Shown: positions 10,848 through 21,145, counted from the first letter of the stretch. The stretch: 64,000 nt of DNA from Mobiluncus curtisii subsp. curtisii ATCC 35241 (GCF_000146285.1 NZ_GL385912.1:1222336-1286335); one strand, 5' to 3'. Translations and numbers: made by a program. Notes: a model not told the origin generated them from the letters alone.

Positions 10848-11117
10848 CTAATCCGCTGAAGTGGTCTTAAACTGTTCCAGTTCGCTCTCGAACTGACCGA
10901 GTTTCTTAATTTGATCCAGGGTGGTGGCAGCTTCCGCAGCATCAATCTTGGACATGGCGAAACCAACATGCACCAGCACCCAATCGCCAATCTTGACGTC
11001 CTCATCCATCAGCAAATCTGTGGAAATCATTCGTTCCACCCCAGACAGGGACACTTTCGCCCGTCCGCTTTCTGCCTCGTCAAAAGCCACAATCTCGGCA
11101 GGCACTCCCAAACACAT
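10848..11117 (-). CDS. hypC: hydrogenase assembly chaperone HypC/HupF family
   Basis: N-terminal 'MCLGVPAEIV', 89 aa. Confidence 0.85.
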   Translation of the reverse strand: MCLGVPAEIVAFDEAESGRAKVSLSGVERMISTDLLMDEDVKIGDWVLVHVGFAMSKIDAAEAATTLDQIKKLGQFESELEQFKTTSAD

Positions 11118-11289
11118 CGGCTGCTCCCTTCCCCTCTACCTTTCCAGGTTACTTACATTGTCCCACTCCGTCCAAAAGATGAAAAATACGTGTCGTTTGT
11201 GCAATTATCAATGTGTGGATCCAAAGAACCGCCTAAACACAGATGAAGTACAAGTGAACTCAAATATCGCGCGGGTACGCCGCCGCGGC

Positions 11290-12348
11290 ATGAGACTAAA
11301 AGACGACTATGTGACGCTTTCCCACGGGGCAGGAGGTAAGGCGTCAGCCGCCCTGGTCGAACAGGTTTTCGTTTCTGGTTACGGCAACGAGGTGCTCGAC
11401 GAAATGACCGATGCGGGGGTGCTTCCCTTGACGGAGCTGCTCGCAGGTCTGACCGGAGAGGACACCAGCTCGGTGGGCGGCAAACTCGCGATGTCCACCG
11501 ATTCCTATGTGGTCAATCCGCTGGTTTTTCCCGGTGGCTCTATCGGCGAGCTGGCAGTGAATGGGACGGTCAATGACCTGGCGGTCAGCGGGGCTATCCC
11601 GAAAGTCATCAGCGCTGGTTTCATCCTGGAAGAAGGTCTGCCTATCGCGGATTTGCGCCGCGAAGTCCAAGCTATGCACGACGCAGCCGAGGCGGCAGGA
11701 GTGCAGATTATCACCGGTGACACCAAGGTCGTCCCGAAAGGCAGCGGTGACAAGCTGTTCATCAACACTGCCGGTGTCGGTATCGTGCCTGCGGGTCGGG
11801 AACTGGGTGCCAGCAAGGTGCAGCGCGGGGATCGCGTCATTGTGTCCGGCGCGATTGCTGACCACGGCATGTCGGTCATGATGGCGCGGGGTGACCTGGC
11901 AATTCAAGCCCCTATTGAATCTGACACTAGGGCGGTCAATCACCTGGTCGAAGCCCTGATTGAGGCGGTCCCGGAGACTCGCTGGATGCGTGACGCGACT
12001 CGCGGTGGCTTGGGAACGGTGTTGAATGAGCTGGCGATGGCAACCGGCTGGGGCATCGCCGTTGAGGACGAGGTCGTGCCGGTGCACGAGATGACCCGCG
12101 GCGCTTGCGACATGTTGGGGATTGACCCGATTTATGTCGCTAACGAGGGCATGTTTGTAGCGGTGGTTCCGGCTGACCAGGTGGATACAGCTGTGGCAGC
12201 GCTGCGGAAACTGCCCGGTGGTGGGGAAGCAGCAAATATCGGTCGGGTCGTGTCTAAACCGGAGTCTTCAGTGGTGATGGTGACTGCGTTCTCCGGCACC
12301 CGCATGATTGACATGTTGGTCGGCGACCCGCTGCCACGTATCTGTTGA
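11290..12348 (+). CDS. hypE: hydrogenase maturation factor HypE (carbamoyl dehydratase)
   Basis: AIR-synthase-like fold, 'VTLSHGAGGKA', C-terminal 'PRIC'; start at 'MRLKDDYV' inside the longer ORF 10921-12348; exact start coordinate is off by at most 1 nt. Confidence 0.8.
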   Translation: MRLKDDYVTLSHGAGGKASAALVEQVFVSGYGNEVLDEMTDAGVLPLTELLAGLTGEDTSSVGGKLAMSTDSYVVNPLVFPGGSIGELAVNGTVNDLAVSGAIPKVISAGFILEEGLPIADLRREVQAMHDAAEAAGVQIITGDTKVVPKGSGDKLFINTAGVGIVPAGRELGASKVQRGDRVIVSGAIADHGMSVMMARGDLAIQAPIESDTRAVNHLVEALIEAVPETRWMRDATRGGLGTVLNELAMATGWGIAVEDEVVPVHEMTRGACDMLGIDPIYVANEGMFVAVVPADQVDTAVAALRKLPGGGEAANIGRVVSKPESSVVMVTAFSGTRMIDMLVGDPLPRIC

Positions 12349-12388
12349 GTAAAAACCCCGCGTAAATCCCCAAATATTCACCCAGAGT

Positions 12389-12472
12389 GTATTTATAGAG
12401 TGGAAATAGGGCAGTAGCTGCCATTATTGGCAGCTACTGCCCTATTTCCACCTTATATTCCACACACGCCCA
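12389..12472. repeat. palindromic intergenic repeat element, perfect copy (copy B)
   Basis: 52-nt near-perfect palindrome 'gtggaaatagggcagtagctgcca ttat tggcagctactgccctatttccac' (24-bp stem) between convergent hypE and hypF ends. Confidence 0.75.
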
Positions 12473-12498
12473 ACAGCAGCGGAGAAATTAGGGCATCC

Positions 12499-14823
12499 TC
12501 AGCACGCTCCGAGCACTGCTGCCCACACTTGTCCCAGGCTCAAGCCCCCATCGTTGGGCGGCACGTTCTGGTGGGTCAGCACCCGGTATCCGCCCTCTTC
12601 CAAGAAACTCACAAAGTGCCTGGTGAACATCCGGTTGAGGGCAACCCCGCCGGTCAACCCCACGGTTTTGGTGTCTGCCTGTTCCGCGACTTGGCAGACC
12701 TGTTCTCCCAGCAGCTGCGCCAAACCCACATGGAACGCCCAAGCACGCTCGCCGACGGGTCGGTCAACCTCGCCCAATTTCTCCACAAGCTCCTGATAGC
12801 TGCCGACCTGTGGCAGACTTGCCTCCGGGTGGGCGTTTGCCCAGCTGGTAGCCACGTGTTCCAGTTCCATCGCGGCCTGGGCCTCATAGGTCACCTCGGT
12901 GCGAATCCCTAAAATCGCCGCGGCCGCATCAAACAGCCGTCCGCAACTGGTGGTCGCACTCACCCCAAAACCGCTAGCCAGCTGGCTTTTCACCAGTTCC
13001 AGTTCGGTCGATTTGCCTGGCTGCGACCCGATTTCAGCGCTGATTTTCTCTGTAATCCAGTCCATGCCCCAATCGTGGGCAATCCCCAATGCGACCCGCC
13101 AGGGATAGCGCACCGCGCGGTCGCCACCGACCAGGCTGAAAGTCGGCACGTGCGCACTGCGCTGCCACTGTGCTCCGCGAATATCCAAGACTTCCCCGCC
13201 CCAAATAGTGCCGTCTGTCCCGTAGCCGGTACCGTCCACCGACACCACCACTGCCGGATCGAGACAGGAATGCTCTGCCAGCAAGGAATAGGCGTGGGCG
13301 ACGTGGTGCTGCACCTGTGTCAGTTCGATGTCATGAGAGGCAGCAAAACGTTCCGCCCAGCTGACCGTGGAATAGTTTGGGTGCAGGTCACACACGACTT
13401 TTTCGGGGCGTTGCCGCTGGAAGTTCAGCAGTTGCGTCACTGCCCGGTCAAATGCTTCCTGACTGGCGAGCGTGCCCATATCCCCGATATGCCCCGAAAT
13501 ATGCGCCCAGCTCCCGTGTGCCAGGCAGAACGTGTTTTTCAGTTCTCCACCCACTGCCAAAATCGGCACGGTGGCTGGCTGCGGCAGCGCGACCGGCAGT
13601 GGCGCGTATCCCCGAGAACGCCGTGAAGGAATGGTGACCTGTGCGTTTGCCAGGAATACGGAGTCCTCCATGGGCAGGTGAATGTCGCGGTCATGGAACA
13701 CAAACGCATCGACAATTCCCGCCAGCCGCTCGGCAGCGTCCTGGTTCGTGAAGCACAAGGGTTCACCTGCCAGGTTTCCCGAAGTCGCCACCAGCGCCAT
13801 CTGGGCGCATTCCCCGCTCAACAACTCCAGGTGCAGTGGCGCGTAAGGCAGCAAAATTCCCACGTCCCCCAGACCGGGAGCGATCGCGGGAGCCAGGTCA
13901 TATTCCTGCCCGAAAGGGGCAATCACAATGGGTCGGGCGGCAGTCTGCAACGTCCGCAGCTGGTCTGCGTCAAGTCGCGCCAGCCGGGCGGCGGTCGCAG
14001 CATCCGCCACCATGACGGCAAACGGCTTATCCCCCCGATCTTTGCGTTTCCGCAGCCGCGCGACCGCGGCTTCATTGCGGGCGTCACACATGAGGTGGAA
14101 ACCGCCGATGCCCTTCACTGCCAGGATTTGTCCGGCTCGTAACCGCCGCCGGGCTTCGTCCAGAGCCGCAGCAATCAACGGTCGGCGGTCCCCTTCTGGG
14201 GGCCACAAGTCCGGCGCGTCTGCCGGGCTGACCCACAGCACTGGTCCGCAGTCGTAGCAGCTGACGGGCTGGGCATGATAGCGCCGGTTGGTCGGATTGG
14301 TATATTCCTGGTGGCAAGCGGGACACATCGGAAACTTCACCATGGTGGTGGTGTCCCGGTCATAAGGGAGGTCCACCATGATGGTGGCTCGTGGTCCACA
14401 GTTCGTGCAGGTGGTGAAGGGGTAGCGGTAGCGTCGGTTCGTCGGGTCTGCCATCTCGGCTTGACAATCGGGACAGGTGGCAGTGTCTGGGGGAATCAGA
14501 GTGCGGGCGCCGGGGCGACGGCGGGAAGGCACAATGCGAAACTCAGTTTCACCCTTCTGTTCGGGCAGGTCTGTGGACGAGCTGTGCAGCACACTAGCCA
14601 GCGGAGGCAGGGTCGCCAGCATGGTTTCCATGAAGCCGTCCACCGCCTCACGCGCGCCTTGGGCTTCGATAAACACTGACTCGTCGTCGTTTCCGACAAA
14701 ACCGGTGATGGGGTACTGGGCAGCCACTTTGGCAACGTGCGGACGGAAACCGACTCCCTGCACCACCCCCCGCAGTTCGTAAGCTCGGCGCATTTCTAAC
14801 CTCCTGGCCACCATGTCACGCAT
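12499..14823 (-). CDS. hypF: carbamoyltransferase HypF
   Basis: 774 aa; acylphosphatase N-terminus 'VQGVGFRPHV', two CxxC-x18-CxxC zinc fingers, YrdC and Kae1-like domains. Confidence 0.9.
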   Translation of the reverse strand: MRDMVARRLEMRRAYELRGVVQGVGFRPHVAKVAAQYPITGFVGNDDESVFIEAQGAREAVDGFMETMLATLPPLASVLHSSSTDLPEQKGETEFRIVPSRRRPGARTLIPPDTATCPDCQAEMADPTNRRYRYPFTTCTNCGPRATIMVDLPYDRDTTTMVKFPMCPACHQEYTNPTNRRYHAQPVSCYDCGPVLWVSPADAPDLWPPEGDRRPLIAAALDEARRRLRAGQILAVKGIGGFHLMCDARNEAAVARLRKRKDRGDKPFAVMVADAATAARLARLDADQLRTLQTAARPIVIAPFGQEYDLAPAIAPGLGDVGILLPYAPLHLELLSGECAQMALVATSGNLAGEPLCFTNQDAAERLAGIVDAFVFHDRDIHLPMEDSVFLANAQVTIPSRRSRGYAPLPVALPQPATVPILAVGGELKNTFCLAHGSWAHISGHIGDMGTLASQEAFDRAVTQLLNFQRQRPEKVVCDLHPNYSTVSWAERFAASHDIELTQVQHHVAHAYSLLAEHSCLDPAVVVSVDGTGYGTDGTIWGGEVLDIRGAQWQRSAHVPTFSLVGGDRAVRYPWRVALGIAHDWGMDWITEKISAEIGSQPGKSTELELVKSQLASGFGVSATTSCGRLFDAAAAILGIRTEVTYEAQAAMELEHVATSWANAHPEASLPQVGSYQELVEKLGEVDRPVGERAWAFHVGLAQLLGEQVCQVAEQADTKTVGLTGGVALNRMFTRHFVSFLEEGGYRVLTHQNVPPNDGGLSLGQVWAAVLGAC

Positions 14824-14918
14824 TTCTAAGCCTAGTAGCTCTGACGCCCCGCGGCAGAAAACGGTAGGGTGGAATGCGCCGCGAGGAACCCATACTTAGT
14901 GATTAACGAGGAGACACG

Positions 14919-15269
14919 ATGCACGAAGTCGCCCTGTCCCAACAGCTGGCTCGGGTGGTAGCGCGCGGGGCGGCGGGACGCGAAGTACTGTCTGTCCAGG
15001 TAGAGGTCGGGCATCTGCGTCAGGTCGTGCCCGAAGCGCTGCGTTTTGCCTGGAGTGCGGTCCGGAAAAATACCCTCCAAGGTCCCGCCGAACTGCACAT
15101 CACCGAGATTCCAGCAGTCATCGTTTGTCAGGAGTGCCACGCACAGACACAGCTGGGAGAGTATCTGGATTTCCGTTGCGGGCAGTGTTCTTCACGCGAG
15201 GTCGAGACAATCAGTGGAGAAGAGTTTAGAGTGGTATCGATAGATGTCACGCCAGAGAGGAATCATTAG
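14919..15269 (+). CDS. hypA: hydrogenase nickel insertion protein HypA
   Basis: 'MHEVAL' Ni-binding N-terminus, 'CQECHA...CGQC' zinc site; 116 aa. Confidence 0.85.
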   Translation: MHEVALSQQLARVVARGAAGREVLSVQVEVGHLRQVVPEALRFAWSAVRKNTLQGPAELHITEIPAVIVCQECHAQTQLGEYLDFRCGQCSSREVETISGEEFRVVSIDVTPERNH

Positions 15270-15270
15270 C

Positions 15271-16059
15271 ATGGGACGTTTTCATCGCCACGACGACGGC
15301 ACAGTACACGAGCATGACCACGGGGATCACTCCCACCATCACGACCACGGCGACTACGTGGCAGATCCGGAAGTCATCGGGGATCACTCGGGATACGAGA
15401 CCGAACGCGAACGCATCGAGATTCTGGAAGATATCTATGCGGAAAATGACCACTTAGCCCAGCACAATCGGGAATCCTTCGCCGCGCACGGGGTGAAGGT
15501 CGTGAATCTCATGAGTTCACCAGGGTCGGGCAAAACGACTTTGCTGGAGCGTACTTTGGCGCAGCTGCAGGGCAAACTGCGGGTCGGGATTATTGAAGGC
15601 GATATTGAGACCCCGTTGGATGCTGAGCGCTTAGGTGGCTACGGTGCCCAAATTTCCCTGTTGAATACCGGTCATGGTTTCGGTGGGGAATGCCACCTGG
15701 ATGCCCCGATGGTGCATCATGCCCTGGACGACTTGGATCTCAGCCAGCTGGATCTGGTCATCATCGAAAACGTAGGCAACTTGGTGTGCCCAGCTGAATT
15801 TGATGTCGGCGAAACTGCCAAGGCTATGCTGTTCTCGATTACCGAGGGCGAGGACAAACCGTTGAAGTACCCGGTCATGTTCCGTTCGGTGAAAATCGTG
15901 GTGGTGAACAAGATGGATTTGGCTCCCTACCTGAACTTTGACATGGACAAGTTCCGTGGCTACCTGGAACAGGTCAATCCGGGTGTGCAAGTCGTCGAAC
16001 TCTCTGCCCAAACCGGCGATGGCGTCGAGGCTTGGATTGACTGGCTGAAAGAACTTTGA
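15271..16059 (+). CDS. hypB: hydrogenase nickel incorporation GTPase HypB with His-rich N-terminus
   Basis: 'HEHDHGDHSHHHDHGD' then 'MSSPGSGKTTLL' G1 and CH motifs; ATG 15271 after GAGAGG RBS. Confidence 0.85.
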   Translation: MGRFHRHDDGTVHEHDHGDHSHHHDHGDYVADPEVIGDHSGYETERERIEILEDIYAENDHLAQHNRESFAAHGVKVVNLMSSPGSGKTTLLERTLAQLQGKLRVGIIEGDIETPLDAERLGGYGAQISLLNTGHGFGGECHLDAPMVHHALDDLDLSQLDLVIIENVGNLVCPAEFDVGETAKAMLFSITEGEDKPLKYPVMFRSVKIVVVNKMDLAPYLNFDMDKFRGYLEQVNPGVQVVELSAQTGDGVEAWIDWLKEL

Positions 16060-16185
16060 ATAAGTCATCTGAGCTTTGCGAAAAGGCATGGCACTTTTTG
16101 CCCGGTTTTTAGGCTCAACTGCGAAAACCCGGTAGAATGAGAGTATGGACGTTGTTGTCCAATTCGATACTACTGGGGGGCGCAT

Positions 16186-17397
16186 ATGACTTATGAGATT
16201 AAACCTTGGCGAGCGGGGACACTCGCAGAGAACCTTGCCAGTGCTGGCGTGAGCCGACGTGACTTCGTCAAGTTCTGTGCCGGTTTGGCAGCTATCTTTG
16301 CAGTAGGGACTCCCGAGCTGGCTCATGCCTCTGCAGCGCGGACTGCCGGTGAAGAACTGGCTGACAAGCTGGGAGCCATCACGAAGCCTAATGTGGTCTG
16401 GCTCCAGCTGCAGGAATGTACCGGATGCATGGAATCTACGCTCCGCTCCGGTGGTACCACGGTGGAAGAAGTCGTCCTGAATCTGCTGTCCGTCAACTAC
16501 AACGAACTGGTAATGGCAGCCTCCGGGGAAGCCGCTGAAAAAGCCTTGGATGACACGAACGCCAAGGAACACATCCTGGTCGTCAACGGCTCTATTCCGC
16601 TCAAGGACGGTGGTATCTATTGCACCATCGGCGGTAAGACCACCGAACAGATACTGCGGGAATCCGCAGAGAACGCCACCATGATTCTGGCAGTCGGAGC
16701 TTGCGCGGTCTTTGGCTCAGTGCAGGCTGCCAAGCCTAATCCCACCGGTGCGGTTGGGGTGGATGAAATCATCAAGGACAAACCGGTCATCAACGTGTCC
16801 GGCTGTCCTCCGATTGGCGAGGTCATCACGGCATCCTTGGCGTACATCTTGACCCACGGTAAAGCTCCCGAACTCGACTCCGAGGGTCGTCCTCTCTTTG
16901 CCTACGGTCAGCGCATCCATGACTCGTGCCCGCGCCGCCCGCACTTTGACGCCGGTCAATACGTGCGCAGCTTCGACGATGCCGGAGCCCGCGAAGGCTG
17001 GTGTCTCTACGATGTGGGCTGTAAGGGACCTTCTACCTTTAGCCCCTGCCCCATTTTCCAGTGGAACCTCAAGGCAGGTTGGCCTATCGGCGCCGGTCAC
17101 CCCTGTATCGGCTGTACGGAACGGGATTTCTTTGACCGTTTCACGCCTTTCTACGAGAAACTTCCTCAGGTTCCTGGTTTCGGAATCGAGATCACTGCCG
17201 AAAAGGTTGGTCTGGGTCTGACCGGTCTCGTCGCTGCCGGAGTGGCTGCTCACGCTGGCGTGACCGCCGCTCGTGCTGCCGCTGACCGCAAGGCCACCCG
17301 AAACTCTCCCATGGCAGCTTTTGGTGACACTGCTGCGGAACCCACCGACGCAGCGCCGACCGAGGAAACTACCGAACAGAACAGCGAGGATAAGTAA
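16186..17397 (+). CDS. [NiFe]-hydrogenase small subunit (Tat signal, Group-1-like)
   Basis: 'SRRDFVKFCAG' twin-arginine signal, 'LQECTGCMES' proximal-cluster motif, C-terminal hydrophobic anchor. Confidence 0.9.
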   Translation: MTYEIKPWRAGTLAENLASAGVSRRDFVKFCAGLAAIFAVGTPELAHASAARTAGEELADKLGAITKPNVVWLQLQECTGCMESTLRSGGTTVEEVVLNLLSVNYNELVMAASGEAAEKALDDTNAKEHILVVNGSIPLKDGGIYCTIGGKTTEQILRESAENATMILAVGACAVFGSVQAAKPNPTGAVGVDEIIKDKPVINVSGCPPIGEVITASLAYILTHGKAPELDSEGRPLFAYGQRIHDSCPRRPHFDAGQYVRSFDDAGAREGWCLYDVGCKGPSTFSPCPIFQWNLKAGWPIGAGHPCIGCTERDFFDRFTPFYEKLPQVPGFGIEITAEKVGLGLTGLVAAGVAAHAGVTAARAAADRKATRNSPMAAFGDTAAEPTDAAPTEETTEQNSEDK

Positions 17398-19139
17398 TGG
17401 CAGAGAAAGTTGTTATTGACCCGTTCACACGTATCGAGGGTCACCTGCGCATCGAGATGGAAACCGAAGGGAAGCAGATTAAGAAAGCCTGGAGCGTCAG
17501 CACACAGTTCCGCGGCATCGAAACCATCGTCCAAAATCGTGATCCTCGTGATGTGTGGGCATTCGTCCAGCGGATTTGCGGGGTGTGCACCTCGGTACAC
17601 GCCATTGCTTCGATTTCTGCGGTAGAGGATGCGATTGGCTCCAACCCACCGGAAAATGCGCGGTTGATTCGCTCCTTGGTCCTCGGTTCCCAAGAAATCC
17701 AAGATCACGTGATTCACTTTTATCACCTGCACGCTCTGGACTTTGTCAACGTGGTGAACGCCGCCAAAGCGGACCCTCAAAAGACTCTGGAGTTCGCCCA
17801 TTCCATCGGGTCGAAGTGGCGCGGCAACAACCTGAAGCGTTTCACGGAAGTTCGAGACACGGTTAAACAGATTCTCGAGTCTGGTCAGTTGTCGATTTTC
17901 ACCGGTGGTTACTGGGATCACCCGGACTACCGGCTGCCTCCCGAAGCCGATCTAATGTGCGTGGCGCACTACTTGGACGCTTTGGAGTTCCAGCGTTCCA
18001 TGATTCGGATTTGCACGGTGTTTGGTGGCAAGAACCCCCACCCGAACTTCCTGGTCGGCGGCATGGCTTGTTCTATCGACCCGAACTCGTCAGAGTCCAT
18101 CAACCAGGTACAGATGGATCAAATCAAGACCTGGATTGACGAAATCATCGAGTTTGTCAATGACTGCTACTATCCCGATGTTTTGGCAATAGCCGGGGTC
18201 TACAAAGATTACTTCGATATTGGCGCGACCCACCCGAACTACCTGGCGGTAGGTTTGGCAGGGTCTATTTTCTCCGGCGATCCCAACAAGTCCCGCATTT
18301 CCTCTGCACACACGGCAATTAAGCCGGGGGTCATTCTGGGCGGAGATATAACCAAGGTTCATCCTTTCGACCCGCACAAGATTGAGGAGTACATCAGCTC
18401 CGCCTGGTACGAGTATTCGGTCGGGGACGATAAACCCCTGACCCCGGACAAGGGTGAAACCACCGTCAAGTACACCGGACCCCAACCGCCTTTTGAATGG
18501 CTGGGCGACAACGATAAGTACACCTGGTCGAAAGCGCCCCGCTATGACGGCAAACCGATGCAGGTCGGTCCGATAGCGCGGATGATATTGGCGTATGCGC
18601 AGGGCTACGAGCCGGTCAAACAGATACTTGACCAGGCTATGGCAACATTGGGGATCACTCCGGCACAGCTCAACTCCACGATGGGGCGGACTTTTGCCCG
18701 CGCCGCCGAGGCTACTGTTTCTGCCCAGCTAATGTTGGATGACTACAACCAGCTGGTCGACAACATCAAAGGCGGTCAGATTGACGTCTTTGATGCTAGC
18801 AAGTGGGAACCGTCCAGTTGGCCGGCAGAATGCCAAGGTTACGGATTCGTCGAGGTTTCCCGCGGTAACTTGTCCCACTGGGTCTCCATTAAGAACAGCA
18901 AGGTCGAGCGGTACCAGGCGGTCGTACCGACCACGTGGCTGGCCGGGGGACGTGACGCCAACGGCGTGACTGGTCCTTATGAAGAATCCTTAATGGGTAC
19001 CGGCACTCACCCGCTGTTGAATCCGAAAGAGCCGCTGGAACCGATGCGCACCATTCACTCCTACGATCCGTGCATGTCCTGCGGGGTTCACATCCTCGAT
19101 CCAGACGGTAATCTGGTTGGCGAGGCGATGACCTCATGA
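17397..19139 (+). CDS. [NiFe]-hydrogenase large subunit
   Basis: N-terminal 'RICGVCTSVH' and C-terminal 'DPCMSCGVH' Ni-Fe ligand motifs with a cleavable C-terminal tail; 580 aa. Confidence 0.9.
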   Translation: MAEKVVIDPFTRIEGHLRIEMETEGKQIKKAWSVSTQFRGIETIVQNRDPRDVWAFVQRICGVCTSVHAIASISAVEDAIGSNPPENARLIRSLVLGSQEIQDHVIHFYHLHALDFVNVVNAAKADPQKTLEFAHSIGSKWRGNNLKRFTEVRDTVKQILESGQLSIFTGGYWDHPDYRLPPEADLMCVAHYLDALEFQRSMIRICTVFGGKNPHPNFLVGGMACSIDPNSSESINQVQMDQIKTWIDEIIEFVNDCYYPDVLAIAGVYKDYFDIGATHPNYLAVGLAGSIFSGDPNKSRISSAHTAIKPGVILGGDITKVHPFDPHKIEEYISSAWYEYSVGDDKPLTPDKGETTVKYTGPQPPFEWLGDNDKYTWSKAPRYDGKPMQVGPIARMILAYAQGYEPVKQILDQAMATLGITPAQLNSTMGRTFARAAEATVSAQLMLDDYNQLVDNIKGGQIDVFDASKWEPSSWPAECQGYGFVEVSRGNLSHWVSIKNSKVERYQAVVPTTWLAGGRDANGVTGPYEESLMGTGTHPLLNPKEPLEPMRTIHSYDPCMSCGVHILDPDGNLVGEAMTS

Positions 19140-20470
19140 AAACCAAAAAAACTCCCTCCCCGGACAACAACCCTAAAGACGGCGCGACCTCCGAAAAGAC
19201 CTCGAAAAATCCGGCTACCGCCACAGCTGCGTCGGAAAACCATCTCGAGTTCTTTGCTGAGGGTGCTCACCGGAAGGACGGTATCGAGGTCGGTGGCGGT
19301 TTCAGCTGTTCTGACCTGTCGATGCGTCGCCTCTTGGCAATGGCTGCGGTGTCCCCTGAGGGCAGCACCGACCCGGTAGATGTCGCTCTCAAGGAATCTC
19401 TGCGCTATCGTTTCCGCCACGGCGCGCCGAACGTCGATATTCCTGAAAAGGATTTCGACCCCCCGCGTGATCGCCGCTATTCCCTGGCGCGTATCTCTGA
19501 CATGAAACGTACCAAGACGGGCGAATCCAAACAGACCGTGATTGTGCGCGGAGATTTGGAATCCGTCATGAACGTAGCACAGCCCAAACGCGCCCAGCGC
19601 ACCCTGTTGCGCAAGAACGCCCAGATGGCAGGCTCGCGGGGCTACCGCTGCTTGGGGGTCGCCACCGCTACGGTGGATGAAAACGGTGAGCTAACTCCAT
19701 TCCAGATGGAAGGTTTCGTCAATGTCCGCCCGGTTGGCACCGGTTTGCAGGATGGTGACCTGACCCCCACCACGGAAGACTGGGTGCGTTTGAGTGTTTG
19801 GTCTGCGAGCCTGCGTTTCCTGCACTGGCTGAACGTACTGCTGATTGTGCTGCTGTCCATCACCGGTTACTACATCATGGATCCGTTCTTTGGCGACACG
19901 TTCTTCCGTGGCGTCGAAATCGGCTACCTGATGGGGATTATGCGGTTCATTCACTTCACCGCGGCTTTCACCTGGATGGCGATAGGCGCAGTTCGCGTCT
20001 TTATTGCTTTCGTGTCCAAGGATCGCTACCTGCGCTGGGAAACATTCTGGCCGTTAAAGAAAAAGCAAGACTGGAAACACTTGTACGAAACTTTGGGGTT
20101 CTACCTGTTCCTGCGCAAAGAAGGTCCGTTGTACGTGGCACACAACCCGCTGCAGCAGCTGACCTACACGTCAATTTATGTGCTGGGGGCGTTCCAGATG
20201 GTGATTGGTCTGGCGCTTTACGCCCTGCCGCACCGCAATGAGAACCTGTTCTGGCAATTAATGGCTCTCCCGAATGACTGGTTTGGCATTCCGCAAATGC
20301 GGTTGATTCACGCCGCCATTATGTTCATATTCTGGGCGTTCGTGATTGCGCATATCTATCTGGCTTTCCGGGCAGACTCCCTGGAGCGTCACGGCGGTAT
20401 CTCTGCCATGATTTCTGGTGGCGTGTGGCTGCGTCGCACCTCCAAGCCGGTTGATGCCCCCGAGCTTTAG
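19136..20470 (+). CDS. Ni/Fe-hydrogenase b-type cytochrome subunit with about 200-aa N-terminal hydrophilic extension
   Basis: C-terminal half has 4-TM cytochrome b (HyaC/HupC-like) with conserved His; ATGA overlap with large subunit stop. Confidence 0.7.
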   Translation: MKTKKTPSPDNNPKDGATSEKTSKNPATATAASENHLEFFAEGAHRKDGIEVGGGFSCSDLSMRRLLAMAAVSPEGSTDPVDVALKESLRYRFRHGAPNVDIPEKDFDPPRDRRYSLARISDMKRTKTGESKQTVIVRGDLESVMNVAQPKRAQRTLLRKNAQMAGSRGYRCLGVATATVDENGELTPFQMEGFVNVRPVGTGLQDGDLTPTTEDWVRLSVWSASLRFLHWLNVLLIVLLSITGYYIMDPFFGDTFFRGVEIGYLMGIMRFIHFTAAFTWMAIGAVRVFIAFVSKDRYLRWETFWPLKKKQDWKHLYETLGFYLFLRKEGPLYVAHNPLQQLTYTSIYVLGAFQMVIGLALYALPHRNENLFWQLMALPNDWFGIPQMRLIHAAIMFIFWAFVIAHIYLAFRADSLERHGGISAMISGGVWLRRTSKPVDAPEL

Positions 20471-20480
20471 AAAGGTTTTG

Positions 20481-21122
20481 ATGGCTCACGATGCGAACCC
20501 TGCCGGGAGGACGGCAGCGGATGCTCTTTCCGCTGGGGTCTTTGATTCACCGGACGTCCCCGACAGGCTCAATGGACAGGTCCCGCTGCCGGATGTTTCT
20601 GCCGTAGACGCTACCTGCTGGGCAGGGGCGCGTTTCACAGTCCTGGCGGTGGGTAATCCAATCATGGGTGACGACGGTATCGGGCTGCAGATTTTAGCTG
20701 GCTTGCAGCAGCTCGTGCCGAGCCGTCCCGCTTGGCAGGCTGCGCAAAAGGGCGGTGAGTTGGCTTTGCTGGAGGGTGGCACTGGTGGCATGGAGCTGGT
20801 GCCGGTGGTGCAGGAATCTGAGCACCTGTTGATTCTGGATTCGGTGACTTCGGGCAACGGACGCACTCCCGGTCAAGCCCTGCACCTGAGTGGGGATCAC
20901 GTCCCGCGCCTACTTTCCATGAAAATATCGCCTCACCAGGTCGGTTTGCTCGATATTTTGACTTCGGCTCGCTTGACCGGCAAGGAACCTCGTGTCCTCG
21001 AAGTTGTCGGGGTGGTCGCCGAAAACGTGAACTTGCACCTGGGTCTGACCCCGAGTGCTCAGAGTGGCATTCCCCGCGCGGTTGAACTCGCGGCGGAAGT
21101 CCTCGATTCCTGGCTCAGTTGA
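20481..21122 (+). CDS. hydrogenase maturation endopeptidase (HyaD/HybD family)
   Basis: 'LAVGNPIMGDDGIG' and downstream His; start ATG 20481 after GAAAGG. Confidence 0.8.
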   Translation: MAHDANPAGRTAADALSAGVFDSPDVPDRLNGQVPLPDVSAVDATCWAGARFTVLAVGNPIMGDDGIGLQILAGLQQLVPSRPAWQAAQKGGELALLEGGTGGMELVPVVQESEHLLILDSVTSGNGRTPGQALHLSGDHVPRLLSMKISPHQVGLLDILTSARLTGKEPRVLEVVGVVAENVNLHLGLTPSAQSGIPRAVELAAEVLDSWLS

Positions 21123-21145
21123 AATCCCGGCGCTGACTACGCGCA

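Noticed and set aside
11118-11289. CRP/FNR-like half sites 'tgtgcaattatcaatgtgtgg' in the hypC/hypE divergent promoter
   Set aside because: does not fit TTGAT-N4-ATCAA or TGTGA-N6-TCACA symmetry; only direct TGTG repeats
11344-12087. 247-aa minus-strand ORF inside hypE
   Set aside because: antisense artefact of high GC; hypE frame has the conserved family motifs
15631-16572. 313-aa minus-strand ORF across hypB/small-subunit junction
   Set aside because: antisense to two well-supported genes; no motifs
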